DNA of 60,584 nt, filler included. It is 4 parts of 4 records of this genome, joined end to end, with 100 filler letters (N's around TTAATTAATTAA, not from the genome) between each part and the next. Parts side by side here need not be neighbours in the genome. Positions count along the whole stretch, not along the records: positions 33,064 to 48,548 come from SRR20825019_859; positions 48,649 to 60,584 come from SRR20825019_865; 2 more parts are not named here. One strand, given 5' to 3'. A model generated the notes under the pieces. That model had not been told where the DNA came from. It ran no database searches and saw only the letters and a program-made list of their open reading frames with translations. This document shows positions 41,032 through 51,130 of the stretch, piece by piece; within the stretch, counting starts at the first letter, position 1; each line of letters opens with the position of its first letter. Made by a program: the position numbers and the translations under genes.

Positions 41032-43271
41032 GGATAACAGAACAAGAGCTTATACAACAAATTGAGCGTGCAGAACAACTGTACAAGACCAACCTTTATA
41101 TGCATTTACAGCCTGTAATTAGTAATATACAAGAGCACCTAGAGCTTTTAACTAATAATTCAGACTATGCCAAATATTACCGCATTTATATGCTGTATAT
41201 TGGGATTTATGAAGAACTGAATATGCAAGTTTTGCAGTCTTATTTACAAGCATTAATTAACATTAATGAAGTAGAAGCATCAGATTACGAATACGTTTGT
41301 AGTTATTACAAACAATGTGAAGAAACAGTGTACCAAGAAGCTTTAATGCTATATCCATACAACGAAACTTTACACCTACATTACGCTTTAAAATTACAAG
41401 AAGATAAACGTTTTAAAGAAGCTATTGTTACTTTAAAATATATCCTAGAATGTTATCCTGCCTCCACAGAAGCTCGATTCTTACTTTGGGATATTGAAGC
41501 AACTCAATTAGCACATTTATGTGCATCAAACGAAGAAGCAAACTGCTATGAACTTTTAGAATTAGCTTCGGCTACTCATAATGAAGAAGTTTTAAAAGGA
41601 TTACAATTAGATCATCGATTAGATAAAGCAAATCAAACTTTAGCCTATATACAGGTTGCACTGTGGGAAGAAAGGTCTACTGAAATAAAACAACATTGGA
41701 ATACAGAATGGAAACTTTTAGAATTGACAGCAGTAACACGTATGCTCTTGGCAGATTATGCAAAATCTTTTATGATGTACGATATGGTATCTCAAGTTTT
41801 AAAAGCACCTTCAGAACCAGAGTTTCCAGAAGAAGAGTATAGTAATTTTGAGGAATATCAAACGTTTATCAAGGCGTTTGCTACTTCTGGCTGGCAATTG
41901 GCACAACATCAATATGTATTGATAGGAAATTCGGCATATTTTTATTCAAAAAATAAAGAAATCTTAGATATTAGTGTAGAAAGAGGCTTAGCTTTAAATC
42001 CTAAAAACCCATTACTATTGGTATTAAAGGCAAAATCCTTTTTTTTTGTCAATAATTATAACGAGACCGGAGTAAATTACCACGAAGCATTTAAAAACGG
42101 TCTCCGTTTGAGTGAATATCTATTTTATTTACTAGAAGTAAATAGTAGAATTGAAAATTGGCAAGGTATATTAGATATTGTTGCTCAGTTTCATAAAGGG
42201 ACTCCTCCTACACTTAAAACCTTATTTTTTAAAGCACGTGCACTCGTCAAATTAAGACAATTTGATGAAGCTCTGGAAACGATTAATGTAGCGCTTTCTG
42301 ATTTTCCGTTACCACCTCATTCTTACGCACCATGGTTGTATAACTTAAGAATGATTATTCATAAACAAAACCATAACTACACGGCTTTTTTTGAAGATAT
42401 GCAGTCAGAAATCAATTATTATACTATTGGCGACTCAGAATATTGTAGCACAATGAATATGTGTATTGAAGCCCTTATTGAAATGGGCAATTATCAAGAA
42501 TGTTACAAATATGCCATATATAACCACGAACAAGGACAATTATTACCAGAATTATATCCTGTGTTTCTGTGGATTTGTTTTTATGATTATTTAGAAAAAC
42601 CTGATGATATAGCAGACGCTTCAGAACTAGATTTAATACAAGAACCTTCTACTTTTATAGAATACAGAACCAATGGTTTAATATATTGGATGCTAGGTAA
42701 CATCTGTGCTGCTACAAATGCATTACAACAAGCGGCACAACTAGCCACAAACAAAGCTTACTATTTAAAACTAGCATTAAGTTGCGCTAAAGAGGATTTT
42801 AATACTACAAAAAGTATTGCTGCTTGCCAAATTATTAAAACCCAGATACCAGAATCTAGTGACTGGAAAACAGACTATCTGTTAGCCGATTTATTAAAAA
42901 CAGGGAAGCATTATAAAAAAGCATTAGCTAGTTTTAACCAATTATTACAAAGCTATCCAGACTATTCGTTTTTTGAATTTCCAAAAGACAATAATAATAT
43001 GATGCTAGCCACACTTAAAACATTATCTAAAGCTATAGAGAATGAAGGAGATTACATCAAATACAACGCTATGCTTTTAAGTAAAGAGAATCCTTCTGCT
43101 AACGCATTATTAGAACATTTAGAGGTCGTACAAACGCACTTTGAAACTGATAAATTCCTTCTGCATAATTTATTAGAACAAATTTTCAAGTTAAATATTG
43201 ATTTAGAAAATAATGAATTAGAATTGTTAAAAGACATCAAATCTAAAATAAGAACCTCATATTTCAATTAA
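41028..43271 (+). CDS. TPR-repeat protein
   Basis: Multiple TPR-like helical pairs (RGLALNPKNP, KARALVKLRQFDEAL, ALASFNQLL..YP); ATGA overlap with the upstream stop. Confidence 0.78.
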   Translation: MRITEQELIQQIERAEQLYKTNLYMHLQPVISNIQEHLELLTNNSDYAKYYRIYMLYIGIYEELNMQVLQSYLQALININEVEASDYEYVCSYYKQCEETVYQEALMLYPYNETLHLHYALKLQEDKRFKEAIVTLKYILECYPASTEARFLLWDIEATQLAHLCASNEEANCYELLELASATHNEEVLKGLQLDHRLDKANQTLAYIQVALWEERSTEIKQHWNTEWKLLELTAVTRMLLADYAKSFMMYDMVSQVLKAPSEPEFPEEEYSNFEEYQTFIKAFATSGWQLAQHQYVLIGNSAYFYSKNKEILDISVERGLALNPKNPLLLVLKAKSFFFVNNYNETGVNYHEAFKNGLRLSEYLFYLLEVNSRIENWQGILDIVAQFHKGTPPTLKTLFFKARALVKLRQFDEALETINVALSDFPLPPHSYAPWLYNLRMIIHKQNHNYTAFFEDMQSEINYYTIGDSEYCSTMNMCIEALIEMGNYQECYKYAIYNHEQGQLLPELYPVFLWICFYDYLEKPDDIADASELDLIQEPSTFIEYRTNGLIYWMLGNICAATNALQQAAQLATNKAYYLKLALSCAKEDFNTTKSIAACQIIKTQIPESSDWKTDYLLADLLKTGKHYKKALASFNQLLQSYPDYSFFEFPKDNNNMMLATLKTLSKAIENEGDYIKYNAMLLSKENPSANALLEHLEVVQTHFETDKFLLHNLLEQIFKLNIDLENNELELLKDIKSKIRTSYFN

Positions 43272-43292
43272 AGGTATTAAGTTTACATTTTA

Positions 43293-45260
43293 ATGAAGTT
43301 ATCTCTTACATATTTTATATTCAATTTCTTCTTTTATATAGGAATTAGCACCTTGTCTTATGCTCAAGACATAGATAGTACGATTGAATTAGATTCTCTT
43401 GCAAACATTTATTATACCAATATTTATACGCAACCCCAAATTGCAAAATTAGCCGCTACAAAATGGCTCGAAGGAAGCAAAAATTCAGATTTGGGACTTC
43501 AAGAAGCAAGTGCCTTGTATGCATTAGGAAACCTTAGTAATATTATTGGAGAATATAAAAACACCATAAAATATACAAATCAAGCTATTGATTTACTTAA
43601 AAAACTGGACACTAAAAAAGGATTAGCGGCTTGTTATAATATCCTCGCTTCTGCCTATAAAAATTTAGGTGAATATCCGAAAGCTATTGACTGTTTTATG
43701 AATTGCTTAAAGTATTCAAAACAAACCAATAGCCAAATACAGGAAGCTAATGCATATCTAAATATAGCAACATTGTATCTGCTTCAAAAAGATTATAAAA
43801 AATCAGCAGAAAATCTAGATCGTGCTGCCAATCTCTATCGCTCTTTAGGAGATGATGATGGAGTGCTCACAACGCTATTTAATTTTGCAAATATTTTAAA
43901 AGAACAAGGTAAGTTTAGTCAAGCAAGAAAGCATTACCAAACCGTTTTAGATTACAGAGAAAAAGAAGGTAATAAAGCGGCTGTTGCCTATGTAAATATA
44001 AATCTTTCGCAAATGTTAGTGGAAGAAGGTAAGTGTAAAGAAGCTGTTGTAGCTCTAAAAAAAACATTAGCTCTTTTAGAAGAGCTAAAATTTAATTCAG
44101 ACATTAGTATTGTTTTAAACGATTTAGGTTTATGCGAAACAAAATTAGGTAATACAATTGCAGCGATAAATTATTTTCAACGCGCTTTAGCTATTGGCGA
44201 AGAACAATCGCTACACCCATACAGTTCCGACATATACAAGAATCTGGCAAATTTATATCAAAAAGAAAACAATTATAAAAAAGCATTTGAATTCTATCAA
44301 AAAGGAGTGGCAAGTACTGCGGAGCAAAACTCACTTGATAAAAAGGTATATGTAGCTGAAATACAAGAACGCTATGAAACAGCATTAAAGGAAGCTAGAA
44401 TTCAATTATTAGAAAAAGAACAAAAATTAGGAGAAACAGAATTGCAAAAAGTAGAGCTCACTGTAAAACGCCAACGCTTAGTTAGAAATGTTTTAATAGC
44501 TGGATTTATATTGGTTTTTATTACTTTAATTATTTTAAGGGTTTCTCATATTAAAAGACTACGCATTCAAAAAGAATTGAGTATCCAGCAAGAGGAAAAT
44601 GCTAAGCAGCAAATAAATAAAATGATAAATGATCATAAACTATCTGTTATTGAGCGCTATCAAGAAGGTCAAGATGAAGAACGTTCAAGACTTGCTCGGG
44701 AAATTCATGATGGTATTGGCAGCGATTTAGCAAGCATCAAAATAGCGTTCGAGCAGTATTCAGAACAACACCATGATGATTTCCAATCTAGGAGAATCGC
44801 TTCTGCTATTAATAATGCTTGTGCGGATGTTCGTAGCCTTTCTCATCAATTACACCCGCTCCCCTTTTCAAAAATAGGATTCACTAGTTTTTTAAGTGAT
44901 TTTATTGATCAAATAACTAAAAAAACAGCTACTGAAATTCAAACTTTTTTCTTTCCAGAAGAAGCGATTGATGAGTTACCTGATTTCTTACTAGCAGACG
45001 TATACCGTATTGTACAAGAATTAATTAATAATATTCTAAAACATGCAGAAGCCAAGCATGCTGCTGTTCAACTCACCATGCATGAAGATCATTTAAATAT
45101 TGTTATAAACGATGATGGTATAGGTTTTCAAAATAACAAAAAATCGGGAATAGGGCTTCGAAATATAAAAGAACGCTTACATAAAATTCAAGGTAGTTTA
45201 GAAATCGATTGTAGCCCAGGACGCGGAACATCAATTACCATTGACATACCAGTAAATTAA
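43293..45260 (+). CDS. TPR-sensor histidine kinase (HisKA_3 + HATPase_c)
   Basis: Signal peptide, periplasmic TPR array, one TM (NVLIAGFILVFITLIIL), RLAREIHDGIG H-box, ELINNILKHA, DDGIGF, GIGLRN. Confidence 0.93.
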   Translation: MKLSLTYFIFNFFFYIGISTLSYAQDIDSTIELDSLANIYYTNIYTQPQIAKLAATKWLEGSKNSDLGLQEASALYALGNLSNIIGEYKNTIKYTNQAIDLLKKLDTKKGLAACYNILASAYKNLGEYPKAIDCFMNCLKYSKQTNSQIQEANAYLNIATLYLLQKDYKKSAENLDRAANLYRSLGDDDGVLTTLFNFANILKEQGKFSQARKHYQTVLDYREKEGNKAAVAYVNINLSQMLVEEGKCKEAVVALKKTLALLEELKFNSDISIVLNDLGLCETKLGNTIAAINYFQRALAIGEEQSLHPYSSDIYKNLANLYQKENNYKKAFEFYQKGVASTAEQNSLDKKVYVAEIQERYETALKEARIQLLEKEQKLGETELQKVELTVKRQRLVRNVLIAGFILVFITLIILRVSHIKRLRIQKELSIQQEENAKQQINKMINDHKLSVIERYQEGQDEERSRLAREIHDGIGSDLASIKIAFEQYSEQHHDDFQSRRIASAINNACADVRSLSHQLHPLPFSKIGFTSFLSDFIDQITKKTATEIQTFFFPEEAIDELPDFLLADVYRIVQELINNILKHAEAKHAAVQLTMHEDHLNIVINDDGIGFQNNKKSGIGLRNIKERLHKIQGSLEIDCSPGRGTSITIDIPVN

Positions 45261-45266
45261 TAAATT

Positions 45267-45902
45267 GTGGAGAAAACAAACATTATAATTGCAGACGATC
45301 ATTTAATGTTCATTGAAGGGATCAATACCATTTTAAAAAATATGGACGAAATTGGAGAAGTGCATATTGCAACTGAAGGGAAACAGGTTATTAGATTACT
45401 CTCTCAGTTTAAAATTGGTTTAATTATAAGCGACATTAGTATGCCCAAAATGGACGGTATAGAATTGCTTACAGAAATTAAAAAAAAGCATAAAGACGTA
45501 AAAATAATCATGTTGAGCATGCTCGACAATCATAGAACAGTACATAAAGTCATACAAAAAGGGGCAGACGGTTTTGTTCCGAAGTTTACAAGTAAAGAAG
45601 AGCTACAAAAAGCGGTACGTTCCGTTTTAAATGATGAACAATACTTTTCTGAACTCATAAAACAACGATATATGGAAAGTGTTTTTGAACGCAAAAAATA
45701 TAAAAACATCGAACTATCACCAAGAGAGAAGGATGTCTTAGCGCTTTTAGGAGAAGAGCTTACTTCTAAAGAGATTTCAGAAAAATTATTTATCTCTGTA
45801 AATACAGTAGAAACGCATAGAAAAAATATCCTATTAAAAACAGGTTCTAAAACTACAACTGGCGCAGTACGATTTGCAATAGAGTCTGGACTATTTGATT
45901 AA
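45267..45902 (+). CDS. NarL/LuxR-family response regulator
   Basis: IIIADDH, SDISMP phospho-Asp, LSPREKDVL...SKEISEKLFISVNTVETHRKN HTH; GTG start. Confidence 0.95.
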   Translation: MEKTNIIIADDHLMFIEGINTILKNMDEIGEVHIATEGKQVIRLLSQFKIGLIISDISMPKMDGIELLTEIKKKHKDVKIIMLSMLDNHRTVHKVIQKGADGFVPKFTSKEELQKAVRSVLNDEQYFSELIKQRYMESVFERKKYKNIELSPREKDVLALLGEELTSKEISEKLFISVNTVETHRKNILLKTGSKTTTGAVRFAIESGLFD

Positions 45903-45989
45903 AAAAGCGGCTGTATAAAAAGTGAATTTATAGTTTCAAACTGAGTTTAGACACTTATTATTTAGTCACTTTTTTGTTTTTTTAAACTA

Positions 45990-46973
45990 CTATTCCGTTC
46001 TAATATCATAAAAGGCCAAAGCAGCTCTAATCTCTTTTAATTCCTTATTAGATGTAGTTATATCATTCTTTTCTGTAAGCATCTCTCCGCGATAAATAAA
46101 CCTTGATTCCAAATCAAAATAAACAATATAAATTCCCTTTAAAGGGTTTTGATATTTCTCATTTTCTTTATTATTTATTCTAGTATCTTCTAAATATTGA
46201 ACCCAGGCTCCCTTAGATAAAGAAGATTTATCCAAGAATATTTTTCTATACTCACTAATTTTATAATAAGGATACGTGAGCTCCAATTTGGTTTGAATAT
46301 TATTTTCAATTTTAGTTTTAAAAAGTTCAAAATTAGTTACATTTTCAGATAAGTGAAAAGCATGTACTTTCCACATATTGTCTTCTAATTTCAAAGGCAC
46401 TGTTATGAATCCTTCAGGGTAACTAGGTGTTTTAACTAATAAGCTGTGTTCATAACCATTATTTAATACGTCATAGGAAGCATTCAATTTATCAACAAAT
46501 TTGGTAATTATTTCTTCCAATGTATCTGAAGTTAGTGCTTCTTTAAAAATTAATTCAATCACCGCTAAACCATATTTTACATCTAGAATATCACTTTTAA
46601 AATCTACAATTACCGCTTGTTTAGCTTCATGATATTTCAATGCTTTTTGATATAGATCATTAAATTCTATGTGATATGAAGCTATATAATCGGCAATCAA
46701 TATTTTTTTAGCATCAAAATATGTGTAAAACTCTATATCAGGATTTTTTTTATGATATATATGTACAGAAAATGAATTAGGATTCATAGTAGCTGCATTA
46801 AAAAATCTATTTAAATTTTTATAAGTAAGCTCACCATTATACTCTCTTTCAAGATATTCTTCTAAATTTTTAGAGGCTTGTTTCTTAGATATTCCACCCA
46901 CTATTTGTGCGCAATTAGTAAAAAGAAGTAAGATTCCTAATAAGCAAAGACCTATAATAATTATAGTTTTCAT
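45990..46973 (-). CDS. Hypothetical lipoprotein-like protein
   Basis: MKTIIIIGLCLLGILLLFTNC signal with possible lipobox; ATG 46973 lies downstream of the predicted promoter. Confidence 0.75.
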   Translation of the reverse strand: MKTIIIIGLCLLGILLLFTNCAQIVGGISKKQASKNLEEYLEREYNGELTYKNLNRFFNAATMNPNSFSVHIYHKKNPDIEFYTYFDAKKILIADYIASYHIEFNDLYQKALKYHEAKQAVIVDFKSDILDVKYGLAVIELIFKEALTSDTLEEIITKFVDKLNASYDVLNNGYEHSLLVKTPSYPEGFITVPLKLEDNMWKVHAFHLSENVTNFELFKTKIENNIQTKLELTYPYYKISEYRKIFLDKSSLSKGAWVQYLEDTRINNKENEKYQNPLKGIYIVYFDLESRFIYRGEMLTEKNDITTSNKELKEIRAALAFYDIRTE

Positions 46974-46993
46974 AAATGATATTTTATACCATA

Positions 46994-47040
46994 TAAATTT
47001 AAGTCTGTTCAAGTTTTAAACGCTCACTGTTTTCCGTGAA
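46994..47040 (-). promoter_or_regulatory. Operator 4 (TTCACGGAAAACAGTGAG, 47023-47040) + -7-like box TAAATTTA (46994-47001)
   Basis: Same motif and 21-bp gap; upstream of the lipoprotein gene. Confidence 0.65.
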
Positions 47041-47048
47041 TTTATATT

Positions 47049-47095
47049 ATCACTTAAATGAGGTGTTTATTTGAGAATGTGTTCTAATATCTTTG
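47049..47095 (+). promoter_or_regulatory. Operator 5 (ATCACTTAAATGAGGTGT, 47049-47066) + -7 box TATCTTTG (47088-47095)
   Basis: Same motif and 21-bp gap; upstream of the 131-aa gene. Confidence 0.7.
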
Positions 47096-47124
47096 AATTA
47101 TAAAATAATACTAATATAAATATC

Positions 47125-47520
47125 ATGGGATTACAAGAAAAAAGAGCTGCAAAGGCTATAGAAGATCAATATTTAGGAGATTATCAAAAAGAAATTAATG
47201 AGGTGGTTGGTAAAGAATTACCTATAAACATTAATTGGGATACTTTTGAAATGGATTTCATAAAATTTGTTCCTAGTGTATGCTTGCAACGCCTTACTGA
47301 TGGTTTAAGAGAAGTTTGTAAAGATGCTATGGGAAAAGAAGCTGTTCAAGAGGTTGTTAACTCTATAAAGGTTTATTGCATTCCAAATGAAGGAGCTGAA
47401 GAAAAAAAGGGACTTAATCTAGAAAACGGTGTGTTTTCTTTAACTGCTTGTTGGGGAGGCCATCACAGTGGATACTTTACAGACTTAGTAATACGCGAAT
47501 ATTTAGAGAATAACTTATAA
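47125..47520 (+). CDS. Conserved hypothetical protein (131 aa)
   Basis: MGL.E.RA...INWDTF...D.MGKEA...ENGVF...LENNL; has its own promoter and terminator. Confidence 0.8.
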   Translation: MGLQEKRAAKAIEDQYLGDYQKEINEVVGKELPININWDTFEMDFIKFVPSVCLQRLTDGLREVCKDAMGKEAVQEVVNSIKVYCIPNEGAEEKKGLNLENGVFSLTACWGGHHSGYFTDLVIREYLENNL

Positions 47521-47547
47521 AATATAATGACATTATTTTGAGGGGTC

Positions 47548-47586
47548 AAAAAAGCCTTTAAGAAATTCATCTTAAAGGCTTTTTTT
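47548..47586. terminator. Bidirectional intrinsic terminator between convergent genes
   Basis: AAAAAAGCCTTTAAGA-aattca-TCTTAAAGGCTTTTTTT. Confidence 0.88.
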
Positions 47587-47710
47587 CATCAGAATAACAT
47601 TCCATGTTAAAACTGTAATCACATTGGCTTAATACAAGTGTTTTTTTGTATTCTTATTTTTTTATATTAATAACTCTATTCTACTAACTACATTAGATTC
47701 TTACTTAATT

Positions 47711-48400
47711 TTATAAATGAGCTTCTATTTGTTCTTGTAATTGGATTGCATTTGGAAAACTTCTAAATACTTTAGAAGTGTCTATTGTAATAAAAAGTAC
47801 ACCTTCTACTATTCTAGTTTTATTCTCTTTAGCTAGATTAAATTCAATTTTTGAAACTGAAGTTATAAAAGCTTCTTTAGCCAATGAATCTGAAGCTATT
47901 CTAGAAATTGTTTCTTTGAGTAAAACTAATACTTTTAATGCATAATATTTCCCTGTATCTTCTGGTGTATTCTTATCATTATAAACTATGGAAATTTCTT
48001 TATCTATAATAGACTTTACTACTAACTCTAAATCTTTGATATCTTTTTTTAGCTGAAGTATAGTTGGTATTTCTTCATCTTCAGGAATGAAAGGAATTTT
48101 TCCGTCAGATAAAAGGTAGGCATATTTATTAATGTTACTTATTGAAATTGAAGAAATAGCATGAGCTGATATGTAATTAAATTGAGCCTTCCCGTCAAAT
48201 AAATCACATAATAAAATTGCTTTCTTGTCAGAATCATAATTCACAAAAAAACCAGAAGTACTATCTAAATTCATACTAATGGTAACTTGTGGCATTTGTG
48301 GTCTTTCCTTATCTCTTTCTATAGCTGCAATCTCTAGAAGCATTTCTAAAACTTGATTATTATCTAATACTGGTAATTGGAGCATTGTTTTAAAATCCAT
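47711..48400 (-). CDS. Hypothetical protein (229 aa); C-terminal half resembles the 131-aa neighbour
   Basis: ISRIASDSLAKEAF..SVSKIEF...VEGVLFI...LQEQIEAHL. Confidence 0.78.
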   Translation of the reverse strand: MDFKTMLQLPVLDNNQVLEMLLEIAAIERDKERPQMPQVTISMNLDSTSGFFVNYDSDKKAILLCDLFDGKAQFNYISAHAISSISISNINKYAYLLSDGKIPFIPEDEEIPTILQLKKDIKDLELVVKSIIDKEISIVYNDKNTPEDTGKYYALKVLVLLKETISRIASDSLAKEAFITSVSKIEFNLAKENKTRIVEGVLFITIDTSKVFRSFPNAIQLQEQIEAHL

Positions 48401-48425
48401 ATTTACTTTAATTTAAGTTTAATTA

Positions 48426-48472
48426 CAAAGTTGGCGCAATGCACTACATTTTAAGTAACCAATTTCAGTGAT
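48426..48472 (-). promoter_or_regulatory. Operator 6 (ATCACTGAAATTGGTTAC, 48455-48472) + -7-like box CAACTTTG (48426-48433)
   Basis: Same motif and 21-bp gap; upstream of the 229-aa gene. Confidence 0.68.
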
Positions 48473-48548
48473 ATTTAGATTTGGCTTATGTACAGTAGAA
48501 AAATGAGAAGATTATAATATTCTTATGCTAGCTACCCTAAAAATTAAC

Positions 48549-48648
48549 NNNNNNNNNNNNNNNNNNNNNNNNNNNNNNNNNNNNNNNNNNNNTTAATTAA
48601 TTAANNNNNNNNNNNNNNNNNNNNNNNNNNNNNNNNNNNNNNNNNNNN
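48549..48648. other. Artificial contig spacer
   Basis: N44-TTAATTAATTAA-N44. Confidence 0.98.
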
Positions 48649-50976
48649 CCAGGCCTCAAGCTTTGCGGCGGGAGGGAATACACTCTGAACATTGTTCGAA
48701 ATAGAGGACACCTGTTCCCACAGACGAGAATTCTCATTCTGAAGCTCTGCAATGGACTTCTCAAGATTCGAAGAGTTTTTAATTGCAGCATCAAGGTTAG
48801 AGGTTAGTTGATCCACGAGTTCCTCAGAGGATTGTACGCGCTCAGAGTACTCATCCAGCCGAGTCTGGAGGGCTTGGTTGGTAGAGGCCCCGTGTAGTAC
48901 GCGCTCCTTAGTATCGAGTAGAAGCTGGTGGAGACGGACACGGTCCTTGACATACTCATCCTTCGCCTCCTCAACACTAGCAACCAGCTGGGAACAACGA
49001 TGCTCCTCTTCGAGGCGATGAACCTTCGTCTCGGCAGAATCACAGCGGGTGTTAAGAATCTTCCTCTGCTCGAAAAGTTCAGCGACGCGGGCCTGGAATG
49101 CAACAATCTCGTCATGGGCGTTATTAAGACGCTCATGTAAGCACGAGATAGTGTGGGCAGACTCCTCAGCATCAAAGGGAACGGAGCGGAAGAGATCGGC
49201 TGAAACACGGGAGGGAATCGCACGCATCTCACCAGTGGGAACAATCATAGTGGGCTGCTGCTGAGTGCTGCCAGAGACGGTGATGCTATCACGGTGAAAC
49301 AGGGGTGGTACTCCTCCTCCATTGGTGCCACGAGTAGTAGTGGTGGTGTTAGTATTACGGGCGGCACTGAGACGACCAGTGACACCTCCAGCACGCTCAA
49401 GGGTCAATTTCTGGTTCCACTGCTCCTCCATCTTACGGCGACGACGCTCCTCGGTCAGGGCAGCCAGACACGCGCTCATCTGCACACAGACATCCAGGCG
49501 GGCCTTCTCGCTCGTCTCGACGACCTTCTTGAGGTCAGCGACCTCATGGTACTTGATCTCCCAGTCACGCACCAACTCACTGATCGTGAGCTTTTGCTTT
49601 TGAACAATCTTCAGGGCTACCATATCAGGTGCGAACCTTTTCATAGCGGATGCGGTAGTATTGAGCTCGGAGGCCTTAACAAGGGACAGATTCGAGGGGA
49701 GGTTGATGGGGGATGGGTAAATAGGAAACGAGTTGAGAAGAGGGCGCAGGGACGACTTGGTAGTAGCAGAGGATGCTGTGGTGGTAGTAGTAGAGGTGGA
49801 AAGTGGTACACCTTCGGACACGAAGGTGATCTTACGAGCCTCCTCACTGCGCCGAATCGTATCCATATGCTCCTTCATGACGGCACTTGTAATGCCTTCC
49901 AAGTTTAACTGGGACTCTAACTTGTGGTTGATCTCTCGCTCCTCTTGTAGCATCTTGGGGACGTGTGCGAGGGCATCACGTTCATCGGACAGGATCTTCA
50001 ACATGTTCAGCAGCTCGTTAACACGCACATCACTACGACGAAGCAGCTCCTGAGAAACGTCGTTCTTAGCAGTGAGTTTGTTGATCTCAACCTCTTGTTG
50101 AACGGCGCGGAAATCTAGCGCAGAACGGACCTTAGCAGAAGTAATGGTCTCATCAGCGGTAAGCTGCACGGAATTAGCGACGCACTCAACGAGGCTCCTG
50201 GCGGAGTTCTCGAGGGCTGTGGTCTTGGAGATCATGGCAGTTTTGACAGCATCAGACTGATCAACGTTCCGTGCAGTCTTCTCAGCAATCTTAGCGGCGG
50301 CGGTGACGACGCTCCGGGTAGTTGCCTCTGAGGCAGCAAGGCGTACCTGTGCACGCTCCATGCGTACTGCAGCATCCGATGCACGAAGGAGGGCGTTTTG
50401 TTGGTCGATGGATGTCTTGAGGAGGCCCACTGCGAACTGATCACGGGCCTGAATGGGAGCAGCACTCATTGCCTTGACCGATGATGCATCATTATTATTA
50501 TTAACCTCCGCATCATTATCATCACCAGCGCTATCTACAGCAGTAGAACTAGTAGCATGCTCACAAGTGACGGCCCCATTAACAAGGCTGGATGCTTGCT
50601 CTATTGTGCTTTTTATGGCGGCGATGTGCACTCCTGACATAGCCTTCTGAACACCATTGGCAAAGTTAGTAATATCAGAAGCTAATCCTCCGCCAGTGAA
50701 ATCTAAATGATCCGCGTCATTGTCTTCATGTTGGCCCTTGGTAGGTGCAGAAACAGTAGGTGTAGTAGCCTGCTGCTGTTGCTGGAGGGCGGTGTGCTCA
50801 TTCACCAAACCAGTAGCATCGGCAACAAAGCTAAAACGGTTTTGTGCCATGCTGGTATTATTTGTGGTGGTGAAGGACGATGTTGTCGTTTCGGTGGTGA
50901 AATGGTGTTGGGTGTTAGTGGTGGTGGTCTGCTGGGAACCCTCCATAGAAGCGCTACGCTCTGGGGAAGAAGACAT
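48649..50976 (-). CDS. Long coiled-coil protein (3' truncated by contig end)
   Basis: Intronless ORF with heptad-rich segments and Thr/Gln low-complexity linkers, running into the spacer. Confidence 0.8.
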
Positions 50977-51130
50977 ACCTCACCTTTAATTATCTACACT
51001 AAAAACTTTTTAAATGATAAAGCGGTTGTAAAAAGGTAGAATACTAACAAGCAATAGCTAACATTTTTTTGTAAATGGAAAACTGTTGTAAAGAGAGTGA
51101 AAATACAAACATTTTTACTAATGATGTAGG

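Noticed and set aside
20738-48648. Bacterial and eukaryotic genes side by side, suggesting horizontal transfer or endosymbiont insertion
   Set aside because: All three junctions are identical artificial N44-TTAATTAATTAA-N44 spacers, so the contigs are not physically linked
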